Shown piece by piece: positions 1 to 8,208 of a DNA stretch of 32,000 nt. The stretch comes from Candidatus Methanoperedens sp. (GTDB lineage Archaea; Halobacteriota; Methanosarcinia; Methanosarcinales; Methanoperedenaceae), in contig JAPZAR010000031.1 of the NCBI GenBank assembly GCA_027460535.1, positions 1-32,000 of the forward strand. Reading direction: 5' to 3'. Each line of letters begins with the position of its first letter. The stretch's first letter is position 1. The translations under genes were made by a program, and so were the position numbers. The notes under the pieces were generated by a model. That model worked only from the letters and a program-made list of their open reading frames with translations, was not told the DNA's origin and ran no database searches.

Positions 1-1164
1 CGTTCACCAATTGAGCCAACTGATAAAGACAATGTTATAATTGCCATTAATGCAAGCGATAATGGTATTTTAGGCAAAGTAGAATTGTACTGGAACGATG
101 GGACATGGCATAACGAAACATGGAACTCGCCCAGCAATCCATTTTCTAATAGCACGAATTTAGGAAAATTTGATGTTGGAAAAACAATTCAATATTATTC
201 GGTTGCAAATGATACAAGTGGAAATACTCAAGAGACGTCCACATATTCATTTACAGTTTTAGACAGGACTCAGCCTAACATTTCAGTATCTCGTTCACCA
301 ATTGAGCCAACTGATAAAGACAATGTTATAATTGCCATTAATGCAAGCGATAATGGTATTTTAGGCAAAGTAGAATTGTACTGGAACGATGGGACGTGGC
401 ATAACGAAACATGGAACTCGCCCAGCAATCCATTTTCCAATAGCACGAATTTAGGAAAATTTGATGTTGGAAAAACAATTCAATATTATTCGGTTGCAAA
501 TGATACAAGTGGAAATACTCAACAGACGTCCACATATTCATTTACAGTTTTAGACAGGACTCAGCCTAACATTTCAGTAGCTCGTTCACCAATTGAGCCA
601 ACTGATAAAGACAATGTTATAATTGCCATTAATGCAAGCGATAATGGTATTTTAGGCAAAGTAGAATTGTACTGGAACGATGGGACATGGCATAACGAAA
701 CCTGGAACTCGCCCAGCAATCCATTTTCTAATAGCACGAATTTAGGAAAATTTAATGTTGGAAAAATAATTCAATATTATTCGGTTGCAAATGATACAAG
801 TGGAAATACTCAACAGACGTCCACATATTCATTTACAATTTTAGATAGGACTCAGCCTAACATTTCAGTAGCTCGTTCACCAATTGATCCAACTGATAAA
901 GACAATGTTATAATTGCCATTAATGCAAGCGATAATGATATTTTAGGCAGAGTAGAGTTATATTGGAATAATGGAACTCTGCAATCTCAAACATGGTTCC
1001 CAAACTCAAATTCTCTTTCCTTAAATTATAATATTGGGGCATTTGAAAACGGCACAGTCGTCCAATATTATGCAAAAGCCTATGACAGATCTGGTAATGT
1101 AAATACAACTTACACTTACAGTTTTACGCCGACAACTCTAGATACAACTCCTCCCGCCAGCATT
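1..1164 (+). repeat. Intragenic tandem repeat, 291-bp unit, 4 copies in window (1-291, 292-582, 583-873, 874-1164); the first three are near-identical and the fourth is diverged
   Basis: cgttcaccaattga(g/t)ccaactgataaagac recurs at 1, 292, 583 and 874. Only a handful of substitutions separate copies 1-3. The array continues upstream of the window. Confidence 0.95.
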
Positions 1165-1701
1165 AATAACCTCAAAAATATAAGCTATGCCCACAACTAC
1201 ATTAATTGGACCTGGACAGATCCATCTGATTTTGATTTTGATCGAGTGATGGTTTATATCGATGGAATATTCCAGAAAAATATCTCAAAAGGTGAACAGT
1301 ATTACAATGCTACTGGTTTAGCTCCAGCAACCTACACAATCGGGACAAGAACAGTGGATACAAATGGCAATATCAATACCACCATGGTAACGCATATGTC
1401 AACCACAATACTTCCATCAGTGAGGTTCATTAACGGTACAGTAATGGACAGTGTAAACAAAACTGGTATTCCCGGAATAAAGGTATCCACTAACCCCAGC
1501 ATTTCAACAACGACCAATGCATCGGGTTTCTATTCGTTCTCAGTCACTTCGGGTACATATAATATTGTGGCGACGTTCGAGCCGACGTATTATACGAACA
1601 GTTCAATCGTCTCAACGGTGTTAAGTGCTGTTGTTGTGCATGATATTGAACTCGAGAAGAAGCCGACTGGAACTATAACAGGAAGTGCTACAAATGTTTA
1701 A
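1..1701 (+). CDS. Cell-surface repeat protein, 5' end outside window: at least 4 tandem 97-aa beta-sandwich modules, then an fn3-like domain and a carboxypeptidase-regulatory-like domain
   Basis: Frame 1 is open from base 1, so the track ORF 85..1701 is only the first internal ATG. The unit RSPIEPTDKDNVIIAINASDNGILGKVELYWNDGTWHNETW... recurs. TPPASINNL..INWTWTDP..VYIDG is fn3-like. INGTVMDS..TGIPG..TTTNASGFYSF is CarboxypepD_reg-like. N-x-S/T sequons are dense. Confidence 0.75.
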   Translation, partial: RSPIEPTDKDNVIIAINASDNGILGKVELYWNDGTWHNETWNSPSNPFSNSTNLGKFDVGKTIQYYSVANDTSGNTQETSTYSFTVLDRTQPNISVSRSPIEPTDKDNVIIAINASDNGILGKVELYWNDGTWHNETWNSPSNPFSNSTNLGKFDVGKTIQYYSVANDTSGNTQQTSTYSFTVLDRTQPNISVARSPIEPTDKDNVIIAINASDNGILGKVELYWNDGTWHNETWNSPSNPFSNSTNLGKFNVGKIIQYYSVANDTSGNTQQTSTYSFTILDRTQPNISVARSPIDPTDKDNVIIAINASDNDILGRVELYWNNGTLQSQTWFPNSNSLSLNYNIGAFENGTVVQYYAKAYDRSGNVNTTYTYSFTPTTLDTTPPASINNLKNISYAHNYINWTWTDPSDFDFDRVMVYIDGIFQKNISKGEQYYNATGLAPATYTIGTRTVDTNGNINTTMVTHMSTTILPSVRFINGTVMDSVNKTGIPGIKVSTNPSISTTTNASGFYSFSVTSGTYNIVATFEPTYYTNSSIVSTVLSAVVVHDIELEKKPTGTITGSATNV

Positions 1702-1932
1702 CGATGCAACAAAGTCATAACTATTTTCGAGTATTCATCCAATGCATTGTGGTTAATGCTCCAAAAGAATCGATTAACGCTTTCCCTGTCCTCTATGGGC
1801 AACTTTGATAGATAACGCGCTCAGTATCCCTTTCCAGTACACTTTTAAATTGTGTATGTCCTCAACCATGCTAAACCTCACTCTTTTACCAGCTTTTATA
1901 CTCCAAAGTGGGCTTTTGCTATGGTTTCATGA

Positions 1933-2004
1933 AGCCCCGGGAGGGATTTGAACCCTCGACCTCGTCCTTACCAAGGACGCGCTATACCCCTAAGCCACCG
2001 AGGC
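1933..2004 (-). tRNA. tRNA-Thr (anticodon GGU)
   Basis: The reverse complement folds as a cloverleaf by hand. Acceptor GCCTCGG/CCGGGGC, anticodon arm CGTCC-TTGGTAA-GGACG, T arm GAGGG-TTCAAAT-CCCTC. 72 nt, no encoded CCA. Confidence 0.85.
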
Positions 2005-2037
2005 GCTTTTGATTTTATTGCCGGGATATTTTTGTAA

Positions 2038-2112
2038 CGGGCCCGGAGGGATTCGAACCCTCGACATCCGGGTTAGAAGCCCGGCGCTATATCCGAGCTA
2101 AGCCACGAGCCC
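2038..2112 (-). tRNA. tRNA-Arg (anticodon UCU)
   Basis: Reverse complement GGGCTCGTGGCTTAGCTCGGATATAGCGCCGGGCTTCTAACCCGGATGTCGAGGGTTCGAATCCCTCCGGGCCCG. Anticodon loop CTTCTAA. 75 nt. Confidence 0.85.
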
Positions 2113-2175
2113 AGCGCGAAACCCCAAGATGTCTTGATTATTTAAAAAGCTTTGGCATTGAACTCATGATTTCTG

Positions 2176-3219
2176 CTAAACACTGTATTCTCTCTTCATG
2201 TCCTCGATTTCAGGAAGAAGAATATAATCCAGTGACGTGCCTTTTGCCTCTTTTATTTTCATTACATCAACAAGTTCCCTATATTTCCCTCCCATCAGTC
2301 CATTGGCTATGAGCGCCGCACCCTGGGCAGCCTCTTTGACTTTCTTAACAGGGAAACCATTAAGCCTTCTTATCGGGGCAAGATCAATGCGCTTTTTTAA
2401 TTCCTCAAACAATCCTGAAACCTTTGAAATCCTGCCTGAAACAAGGATTTCCTCTGGTTCTACGGAAGCTGTCAATGATAAGACATCTTTAACAGCGCCT
2501 TCCAGATATGCATTCAGAGCATCTTCATTTTCCATAAGTTTTTCAGGTGTTCCTGCAATAGTCCCGGCTCCGCCTTTAAATATCAGATCTTTATTAAATC
2601 CTCCCAGAAGGTAAGCAACCTCCGAATCCATAGATCCCATTGAAAGAAAACCAATGTTACCTGAACTCCCCCCGATGCCGTCCACGATTCTTCCTTCCTC
2701 TACGGCAACTGCCGCGGTATATCCAAAGCCCATCTCCAGCATTATAAACGATGTTTTATCATAACTCTTTTCACCCCTCTCCGCCTGGTCCCGAATCCCG
2801 AGTGCTGCGCAGCAGAGTTTATCAGCAGTGCCCATATCAATCCTGTTTAATTTCCGATAAAAGGGAACGGTTGGAAGATGAATGACCCCGGGAATGAAAA
2901 CTACTGGAAGCTCCAATTGTATCATCCTGTTTATCGATTTACGCATGCCTAGGAAGCTTTTATTATCCTCTCGTTTGATAAGGGACATTAAAAATAGCTC
3001 CCTCTCTCCGACATCTTTGATATCGGTGAGCGGAATGCCAAAACCCGAGGGCCCCACGACAAGGTCCGGGCTGGTTCTTGTTATTATGTCCGCGATTGCC
3101 CCGGAATCTTCTATGATGTCCCGCGTTGCGATAGAAATATCAAGAATTACATCATCGTCATCCAGACCGCAAAAATCAAAACTTTTTGTTCCCGGGTCTA
3201 TGCCGATTACTCTTACCAT
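2176..3219 (-). CDS. ASKHA-fold (actin/Hsp70/sugar-kinase-like) ATPase-superfamily protein, DUF1464-like
   Basis: 347-aa ORF. The N-terminal VIGIDPGTKSFD phosphate-1 motif is typical of ASKHA proteins. Size and overall pattern match my recollection of archaeal DUF1464. Confidence 0.55.
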   Translation of the reverse strand: MVRVIGIDPGTKSFDFCGLDDDDVILDISIATRDIIEDSGAIADIITRTSPDLVVGPSGFGIPLTDIKDVGERELFLMSLIKREDNKSFLGMRKSINRMIQLELPVVFIPGVIHLPTVPFYRKLNRIDMGTADKLCCAALGIRDQAERGEKSYDKTSFIMLEMGFGYTAAVAVEEGRIVDGIGGSSGNIGFLSMGSMDSEVAYLLGGFNKDLIFKGGAGTIAGTPEKLMENEDALNAYLEGAVKDVLSLTASVEPEEILVSGRISKVSGLFEELKKRIDLAPIRRLNGFPVKKVKEAAQGAALIANGLMGGKYRELVDVMKIKEAKGTSLDYILLPEIEDMKREYSV

Positions 3220-3267
3220 ACCCTCAAGTAATCGTTCAACCTCATAAATGTTTATGTATTGATTATT

Positions 3268-3450
3268 TTAGGTCTTGGATGGTTTTCTATCAACCACTTT
3301 TACCCAATGACCTGGACTCACCTCTGCAAGAACCGGGGTATCGGGTGGAAGCTCGTCAAAATATACAGCTTCATCACCTAGCGGATGGATGTCACCACCA
3401 CACATCGGGCATTTTTCAGAATATGTTTTCCTTTTAGTTAGCAAGAACAA
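3268..3450 (-). CDS. Small hypothetical protein (single CPxC motif)
   Basis: 60-aa ORF sitting 48 bp upstream of, and co-oriented with, the DUF1464-like gene. No family recognised. Confidence 0.3.
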   Translation of the reverse strand: MFLLTKRKTYSEKCPMCGGDIHPLGDEAVYFDELPPDTPVLAEVSPGHWVKVVDRKPSKT

Positions 3451-3634
3451 TACCTCCCATATATGTTTGAGGTTTTGAAACGCCTTAACTGTATTGGTTA
3501 TAAAGAAAGAAGTCCGGACCGAACGTTCAAATTTTTGTTTAACATCTATGTAGTGTCTAAATTTATTTATTTGCCCAATTCCTTCAACCTATGCGGCATC
3601 TTCGTAGATGCTCCCACGGCAACCGCAACCAACA

Positions 3635-4036
3635 TCATTTCTTAAACTTCCTTCCGATTAGCGCGCCAATCACTGCGAATGCTGTTCCGAACATAAGATT
3701 GATTATACCCATAAACAGTAAATTAAAAAGCAAATAAAATCGGGATGCAAAACTTATTCCAAGAACTGGTTTATGCATGGTCATCCCGATAAATATACCC
3801 ATGTAAACTGTAATAACTGCGGCAAGCGTTACAATGCCGCCTTTTATCGCAGCTTCTTTGAAGCCGGAGCCTGAAAATATCCATCCCGTGTAACCAATAA
3901 TTGCTAGGCGAGCAAGTAGAAACAACGTGTTGACCGAAGAATTGGTGGATAAAGGAGGCAAAATCCCCCCAAGGATTAATCCTGCTTGTATACCCGTTAA
4001 TGTTATCATGAGGGCAATGATGTGAATCTCTTTCAT
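3635..4036 (-). CDS. Integral membrane protein (about 4 TM helices), unknown function
   Basis: 133-aa ORF with hydrophobic segments throughout and a basic C-terminus (RKFKK). Confidence 0.5.
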   Translation of the reverse strand: MKEIHIIALMITLTGIQAGLILGGILPPLSTNSSVNTLFLLARLAIIGYTGWIFSGSGFKEAAIKGGIVTLAAVITVYMGIFIGMTMHKPVLGISFASRFYLLFNLLFMGIINLMFGTAFAVIGALIGRKFKK

Positions 4037-4198
4037 AATCTCTTTTAATGATTTTTTGTAATACTATATATTTCCATTGGATAAATAAGGTTAATTGATG
4101 GAATAGGCGTGTTGCGTGCCAATGTATCAGCCGTTGCTTTTTAGTACCAATTAAACCTAATCTTTAGCCACAGAGTAATGAATTTATTGACTCATTAA

Positions 4199-4508
4199 AA
4201 GATATGGATCCATATTATCCAAAAGAAATACCTTCGAATGCACACTTCAAAAGAAACACAAAAATATCTTGAAACAGTTCCACAAAGATTTTCAATTTGT
4301 TTTTACTCCTAAACACGTTTCGCAGCTAAACGTTATTGAGAATTTATTCAGTAAAATGACAGGAAGCTTTTTGAGAGGAATTAGAGTAATTTCAAAAGAT
4401 GAATTAACCGAACGTATTTGTCAGTATTTTGATGAATTGAACGAAAGGCCTGTTTTTTCAAATGGAAATTATAAATGGATGGGATGCCTGGCGCGATTGA
4501 ATCATTAG
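4199..4508 (+). pseudogene. IS630-family transposase relic (C-terminal about 100 aa, internally frameshifted)
   Basis: MHTSKETQKYLETVPQRF (frame 2, from 4238) joins after a frameshift to FQFVFTPKHVSQLNVIENLFSKM...ELTERICQYFDELNERPV. This matches the conserved DDE-transposase tail (H.s..v..yl...f.f.P.h.S.LN.IE..fs). No N-terminal part is present. Confidence 0.6.
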
Positions 4509-4596
4509 AGTATTAATTTGGAGTCGCTATACCAGTCGTCCACATTTAGTGCGCAGTCCACATTCAAGCCATTGATCAAATTCCTAAAAATCGTAA

Positions 4597-5418
4597 TCAT
4601 CCTCTCCTGATTGATTTCAAAATATATTCTTCAGCTGTTATAAATTCATTTAGTCTTTTCTCGATGGTTGGTTTTCCATCCTGAGTAACTGAATATTTTT
4701 TTGTTCTCATGTTACCTTTCGCAAATTCAACCTGTAAAATATTATCTCGTTTCAAGGAATATAGAACTGGGTATACTGTCCCCTGGCTCAAGAAAACATT
4801 ATATTTAGAAAAAATTTGTTTTATTATGTCGTAGCCGCACAACGGTTCTTTAGATAACATTTCAAGTATGATGATTTCAAGATGGTTTTTAACAATACCT
4901 TCTATGTGTGGATTCATTTTTAATAATGGATGCGATATATCCACTATTTCTTGATCAGATGAATTCGGTGGAACCGGTGGCTTTTGGTCCCTGTTCTTTA
5001 CAAACTCTGATTTTTCTCTATTCGCATCTATTAAATTATCATAATATCGCTTAACCCTGAGCAGTGATTTCACTTTTGTACATAATATATCCATATCAAT
5101 AGGTTTGGTTAGAAAATCGTCTGCACCAGCCTCAATAGCCATAATCCTATCTTTCTTTTCCATAAGAGCTGTTACCATTATGATAGGTATAAACATGGTT
5201 TTGTCCTTATCTTTAAGCAATCTACATATCTCATAACCGTCTAAACCAGGCATTAATATATCCAAAAGTATCAGGTCAGGCAAATCATTTTCAACTCTGA
5301 GCAATGCTTCGTTTCCATCGCATGCTGTTATAACCTCGTAATCTTTTTCGAAAATTAACCTTAGCAGTTCACTATTTGATCCATCATCATCCACTAAAAG
5401 TATTTTCTGCCTATTCAT
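4597..5418 (-). CDS. Response regulator: N-terminal REC receiver domain fused to a C-terminal PadR-like winged-helix domain
   Basis: KILLVDDD...DLILLDILMPGLDGYE...TKP is a receiver signature. The C-terminal LCGYDIIKQI...SQGTVYPVLYSLKRDNIL is a PadR-type motif. Confidence 0.8.
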   Translation of the reverse strand: MNRQKILLVDDDGSNSELLRLIFEKDYEVITACDGNEALLRVENDLPDLILLDILMPGLDGYEICRLLKDKDKTMFIPIIMVTALMEKKDRIMAIEAGADDFLTKPIDMDILCTKVKSLLRVKRYYDNLIDANREKSEFVKNRDQKPPVPPNSSDQEIVDISHPLLKMNPHIEGIVKNHLEIIILEMLSKEPLCGYDIIKQIFSKYNVFLSQGTVYPVLYSLKRDNILQVEFAKGNMRTKKYSVTQDGKPTIEKRLNEFITAEEYILKSIRRG

Positions 5419-5544
5419 ATTTCACAAATATTTCTATATTTTTTCCTTAATTTGAAAGTCATTTGAGTATTTCTACACCGCAGACAATCGATACGCACTT
5501 TTGTCACCAACCCAATTTTTCTATTATCATCAATGTATGTATCT

Positions 5545-5606
5545 ACTATTTAAATTTTTTGAATCAAATTCTGAATAAAATTCAGAAATAAAAATTGAAA
5601 ATAAGA
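5545..5606 (+). repeat. Conserved AT-rich intergenic element, copy 1 (short form)
   Basis: actatttaaa TATA-like box followed by ttttgaatcaaattctgaataaaattcagaaataaaaattgaaaataag. Homologous to the copies at 6605 and 7576. Confidence 0.7.
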
Positions 5607-5943
5607 TAGTTGAGAAGTTGAAGCTTGAAGAAAAGACACTCGTAAATGCCTGAAAAATATAAAGGAATGAAGCCAAATGTATTTATTTTCCTGCTTGATT
5701 AATAAAAACTATGAATCCGCCTCTGTAGATAACTTAGAGAATATATATCTTAATTGCTTCAATAAGTACCTGATGTGAAATCCACAACAATCAGATACTG
5801 ATAGTGACAGTGGAAAAATGATACACATCCTTATCCTCGCTTTGCCCGGAAATAGCTTCGACACCTGCCAGTATAAGAAGAGTCCAGCGATGAAGAATAG
5901 AGTCAATCTGTTCATACTCAAGCCTGTAAGAATCCAGTGGTTA

Positions 5944-6252
5944 CTATTTTATCACGGCGCCAGATTCTTCATACATGATTCTTTCTTTCTCTAGTTTGAG
6001 TTCTTCCTCCCTGCGCGCAATGGCTTTCATAGCCTCAGTTGGTTTTACAACGACCGTGATCCTGTTCTTCCTGTCCTTCATAGATACCACAAGCCCGTAG
6101 GCCAGAAGTACAACGACAGCCACTGGAATAAGGAACAGCCATCCCAGTACGAAAGCCATAAAAACTCCAGCTATCAAAGAAGTTGTGTACTTTGCCCATC
6201 TGGGCATCTTCCATTTTTCCCTGTTGAATTCGTCCATGTTGCATTTACTCAT
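5944..6252 (-). CDS. Small membrane protein (2 TM), unknown function
   Basis: 102-aa ORF with a central hydrophobic hairpin and a charged C-terminal helix. Its start overlaps the stop of the upstream ORF by 4 bp (ATGA). Confidence 0.45.
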   Translation of the reverse strand: MSKCNMDEFNREKWKMPRWAKYTTSLIAGVFMAFVLGWLFLIPVAVVVLLAYGLVVSMKDRKNRITVVVKPTEAMKAIARREEELKLEKERIMYEESGAVIK

Positions 6253-6500
6253 ATCGATGTCCTCCTTTTCTCGAAAAACAACTTATATATCAAAATCACT
6301 ATCAAGATTAACGGGATGCCAGGAGACACCCACAAAACAAAAGCAATGAACGCCTCTGCCGGGTAATAATAAGCAGCTAACATAACAGCACCAGCTACTG
6401 CAGCGGCTGTAACATATTTTAATCTTTTATCCACGAGTTGCTCCCTTACGGCACCTGCAATATTCGTATCATCACCTCGCAATATATTATATCGGCCCAT
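6249..6500 (-). CDS. Small membrane protein (2 TM), unknown function
   Basis: 83-aa ORF, translationally coupled to 5944..6252. Confidence 0.45.
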   Translation of the reverse strand: MGRYNILRGDDTNIAGAVREQLVDKRLKYVTAAAVAGAVMLAAYYYPAEAFIAFVLWVSPGIPLILIVILIYKLFFEKRRTSI

Positions 6501-6604
6501 GCGTAAGCATAATCACACAGGCTGTTGATTTTTCGTCATATGAATGGGCGTTAGCCTCTTATGTCTCGTTCTTCATTTTTCATAATTATAATAATTACCA
6601 TATT

Positions 6605-6732
6605 AACTATTTAAACATACCATGTTTCAATTTTTGAACCAAATTCTGAAAAATAAATGGTTATATTGTGCACAAAATCATTATAATTATAATAATGATG
6701 ACTGCATACGCATTGGAATTAGTATTTCTTAC
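6605..6732 (+). repeat. Conserved AT-rich intergenic element, copy 2 (upstream of the proteolipid gene)
   Basis: actatttaaa, then ttcaatttttgaaccaaattctgaaaaataaatggttatatt ... ataatgatga..tacgcattggaattagtatttcttac. Aligns with copy 3 over about 110-130 nt. Confidence 0.75.
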
Positions 6733-6760
6733 AAAACCAAAGACAAAAGGAGGAAAGTAA

Positions 6761-6976
6761 ATGGTAGGAGATTTAGCAATAATCGGAGCGGGAGTAGCAT
6801 TTGCTGGTGGCGCAATTGGCGCAGGATTAGCAGAACAGACGATAGGAGCAGCGGCAATCGGAGCCATGGCAGAAGATGAAAAATTCTTTAGCAAAGGTCT
6901 CATAATGACTGTAATTCCTGAAACCATCGCGATCTTCGGACTCGTGATTGCCCTGATCGTATTATTTGTGAATTAA
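6761..6976 (+). CDS. atpK: A/V-type ATP synthase subunit K (c-ring proteolipid)-like protein, single hairpin, not in an ATPase operon
   Basis: The 71-aa sequence GAGLAEQTIGAAAIGAMAEDEKFFSKGLIMTVIPETIAIFGLVIAL carries the Gly/Ala-rich TM1 and the PET ion-binding Glu motif of archaeal K subunits. A GGAGG-like RBS lies upstream. Confidence 0.7.
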   Translation: MVGDLAIIGAGVAFAGGAIGAGLAEQTIGAAAIGAMAEDEKFFSKGLIMTVIPETIAIFGLVIALIVLFVN

Positions 6977-6989
6977 GGAGGTGACAACC

Positions 6990-7103
6990 ATGATAGAAAT
7001 GATACTTCTTATAACTGTATCCCTTGCTGCAATATACATCATAGCATTCGTAGCGATTGTATTGAAAGAAATGAAGCCATACATTGAAGGAAAATACGAG
7101 TAA
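6990..7103 (+). CDS. 37-aa single-pass membrane peptide (below the track cutoff)
   Basis: MIEMILLITVSLAAIYIIAFVAIVLKEMKPYIEGKYE. A strong RBS (taaggaggtga) lies 7 nt upstream, and the ORF starts 13 nt after the proteolipid stop. Confidence 0.5.
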   Translation: MIEMILLITVSLAAIYIIAFVAIVLKEMKPYIEGKYE

Positions 7104-7124
7104 AAATACAAATGGGATATTAAT

Positions 7125-7166
7125 GGAGGACTCTATATTTAATCTCTATTTAAAAATTAGTCCTCC
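7125..7166 (+). terminator. Hairpin after the proteolipid/peptide pair (8-bp stem ggaggact/agtcctcc, AT-rich 26-nt loop)
   Basis: A perfect inverted repeat at 7125-7132 and 7159-7166. The functional assignment is a guess. Confidence 0.25.
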
Positions 7167-7184
7167 TGCTCTTGTATAATTTAC

Positions 7185-7520
7185 ATGCGTGTAGATAGAT
7201 GTCGCGTGTGCCAGACAGGTACTACTCAGGTCAACGTTGACCTGATCACTGGTATCTTGATTAGACAGGGAGTGCCTTTCATCATTAATCCGTTTGATAC
7301 CTACGCTTTAGAGGAAAGCCTCAGATTCCAAGAAAAATATGGGTTTCGCCTAGCGGTTATTTCAATGGGGCCCCCTAATACTGAGGCAACATTGCGAAAA
7401 GCTCTGGCACTGGGAGCTGACGAAACGATACTCTTGAGCGACCGCTCTTTCGGCGGAGCTGATGCACTGTCTACCAGTCTGGTTCTTGAATAAGCAATAA
7501 AGAAGCTTTTGTCCAGAAGG
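7185..7520 (+). pseudogene. etfB: Electron-transfer flavoprotein beta subunit (EtfB) N-terminal fragment
   Basis: GILIRQGVPFIINPFDTYALEESLRFQEKYG..VISMGPPNTEATLRKALALGADETILLSDR.FGGADALSTS matches the EtfB N-terminus. An in-frame TAA sits at 7491-7493, after which homology (AIKKL) briefly continues. The N-terminal codons look frameshifted. About 60 percent of the gene is missing, and the fragment ends at repeat copy 3. Confidence 0.7.
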
Positions 7521-7575
7521 AAGAGGTGGGTATTGTAGTTTGCTTCCATTTTTGAAAATATTCCAATGTCTGTTA

Positions 7576-7711
7576 TTTTCAATTTTTGAACCAAATTCTG
7601 AAATAAATTGAGAAATAAAATTTGAAAAATGAATGGTTATATTATTTTCCAACTCATTATTCTGAGCATAATGATTAGAACTACTTACGCATTGGAACTG
7701 GTGTTTCTGAC
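7576..7711 (+). repeat. Conserved AT-rich intergenic element, copy 3 (long form)
   Basis: ttcaatttttgaaccaaattctgaaataaattgagaaataaaatttgaaaaatgaatggttatatt...ataatgatta..ttacgcattggaactggtgtttctgac. Confidence 0.75.
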
Positions 7712-7912
7712 ATTTATAGCAGCCAGCAATATCATAGCGTATATTCAGAAAAGATTCACTACTGACAGAACCGAGTCAGGAAGCGCAAAAAGTTTCTGAT
7801 AAATCCGGAGGTCTGATATTATGTGTAAATATCCAAAGATTGATTGTCATCTCCTCATAAACAAAAATGTGGAGATGTCCGTGAGGAATAAATAAATTAA
7901 GAGGTGAATTGA

Positions 7913-8197
7913 ATGGAATTTAAAGAAATAGATGTACCAGAGGATTCCGTCCAGCAAATTAATTATGAAGGGTCATTTGCTAACGTCAACCTTGATGGGT
8001 TATACGAAGATACGCTTGAGGATATAGAGAAGAAATTGGGATCAGTTCCTGACTTGATGAAGGGTTTCCCCAAGAGAAGACTTATCCATGAATGGCCTTC
8101 ATGGAAGAATGTTGGGGAGATAGACCTGGAAAGATCAAGATATCTTCTAAGTACCGATGAAATTTTAGAAGAAATGTTGAGCAAAAACCAGGGGTAA
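7913..8197 (+). CDS. Hypothetical acidic protein
   Basis: 94-aa ORF with an RBS (aagaggtgaa) upstream. It has only a weak resemblance to the N-terminal part of CMD/AhpD-like proteins (KKLGSVPDLMK..P..L...W), which is not enough to call. Confidence 0.35.
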   Translation: MEFKEIDVPEDSVQQINYEGSFANVNLDGLYEDTLEDIEKKLGSVPDLMKGFPKRRLIHEWPSWKNVGEIDLERSRYLLSTDEILEEMLSKNQG

Positions 8198-8208
8198 GTT
8201 GGCGAAAC

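Noticed and set aside
1702-1932. Possible gene relic on the minus strand (..PLWSIKAGKRVRFSMVEDIHNLKVYWKGILSALSIKVAHRGQGKR) next to the tRNA-Thr gene
   Set aside because: It is short with no recognisable family. It may be a degraded mobile-element fragment, but that cannot be supported from the sequence alone.
2237-3437. Plus-strand ORFs (125, 121 and 83 aa) antisense to the DUF1464-like gene and the small ORF
   Set aside because: They are Ser/Pro/Leu-rich shadow frames with no motifs, while the minus-strand ORF has an ASKHA phosphate-binding motif.
5709-5921. 70-aa minus-strand ORF
   Set aside because: No RBS or family is recognisable and the composition is odd. It sits in AT-rich intergenic DNA beside repeat copy 1. 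It could be real but cannot be supported.
6622-6927. Track ORFs 6622..6879 (+) and 6661..6927 (-) overlapping the proteolipid gene and its leader
   Set aside because: The frame at 6761..6976 gives a clean ATPase-K-like sequence with an RBS. The alternatives are repeat-element or Gly/Ala-codon shadow frames.
6690-7711. C/D-box sRNA idea: atgatga at about 6693, and atgatta ... ctga at about 7668-7709, inside repeat copies 2 and 3
   Set aside because: Copy 2 lacks a D box (CTGA). The spacing in copy 3 (about 30 nt) is too short for a C-D'-C'-D layout. No K-turn pairing is evident.
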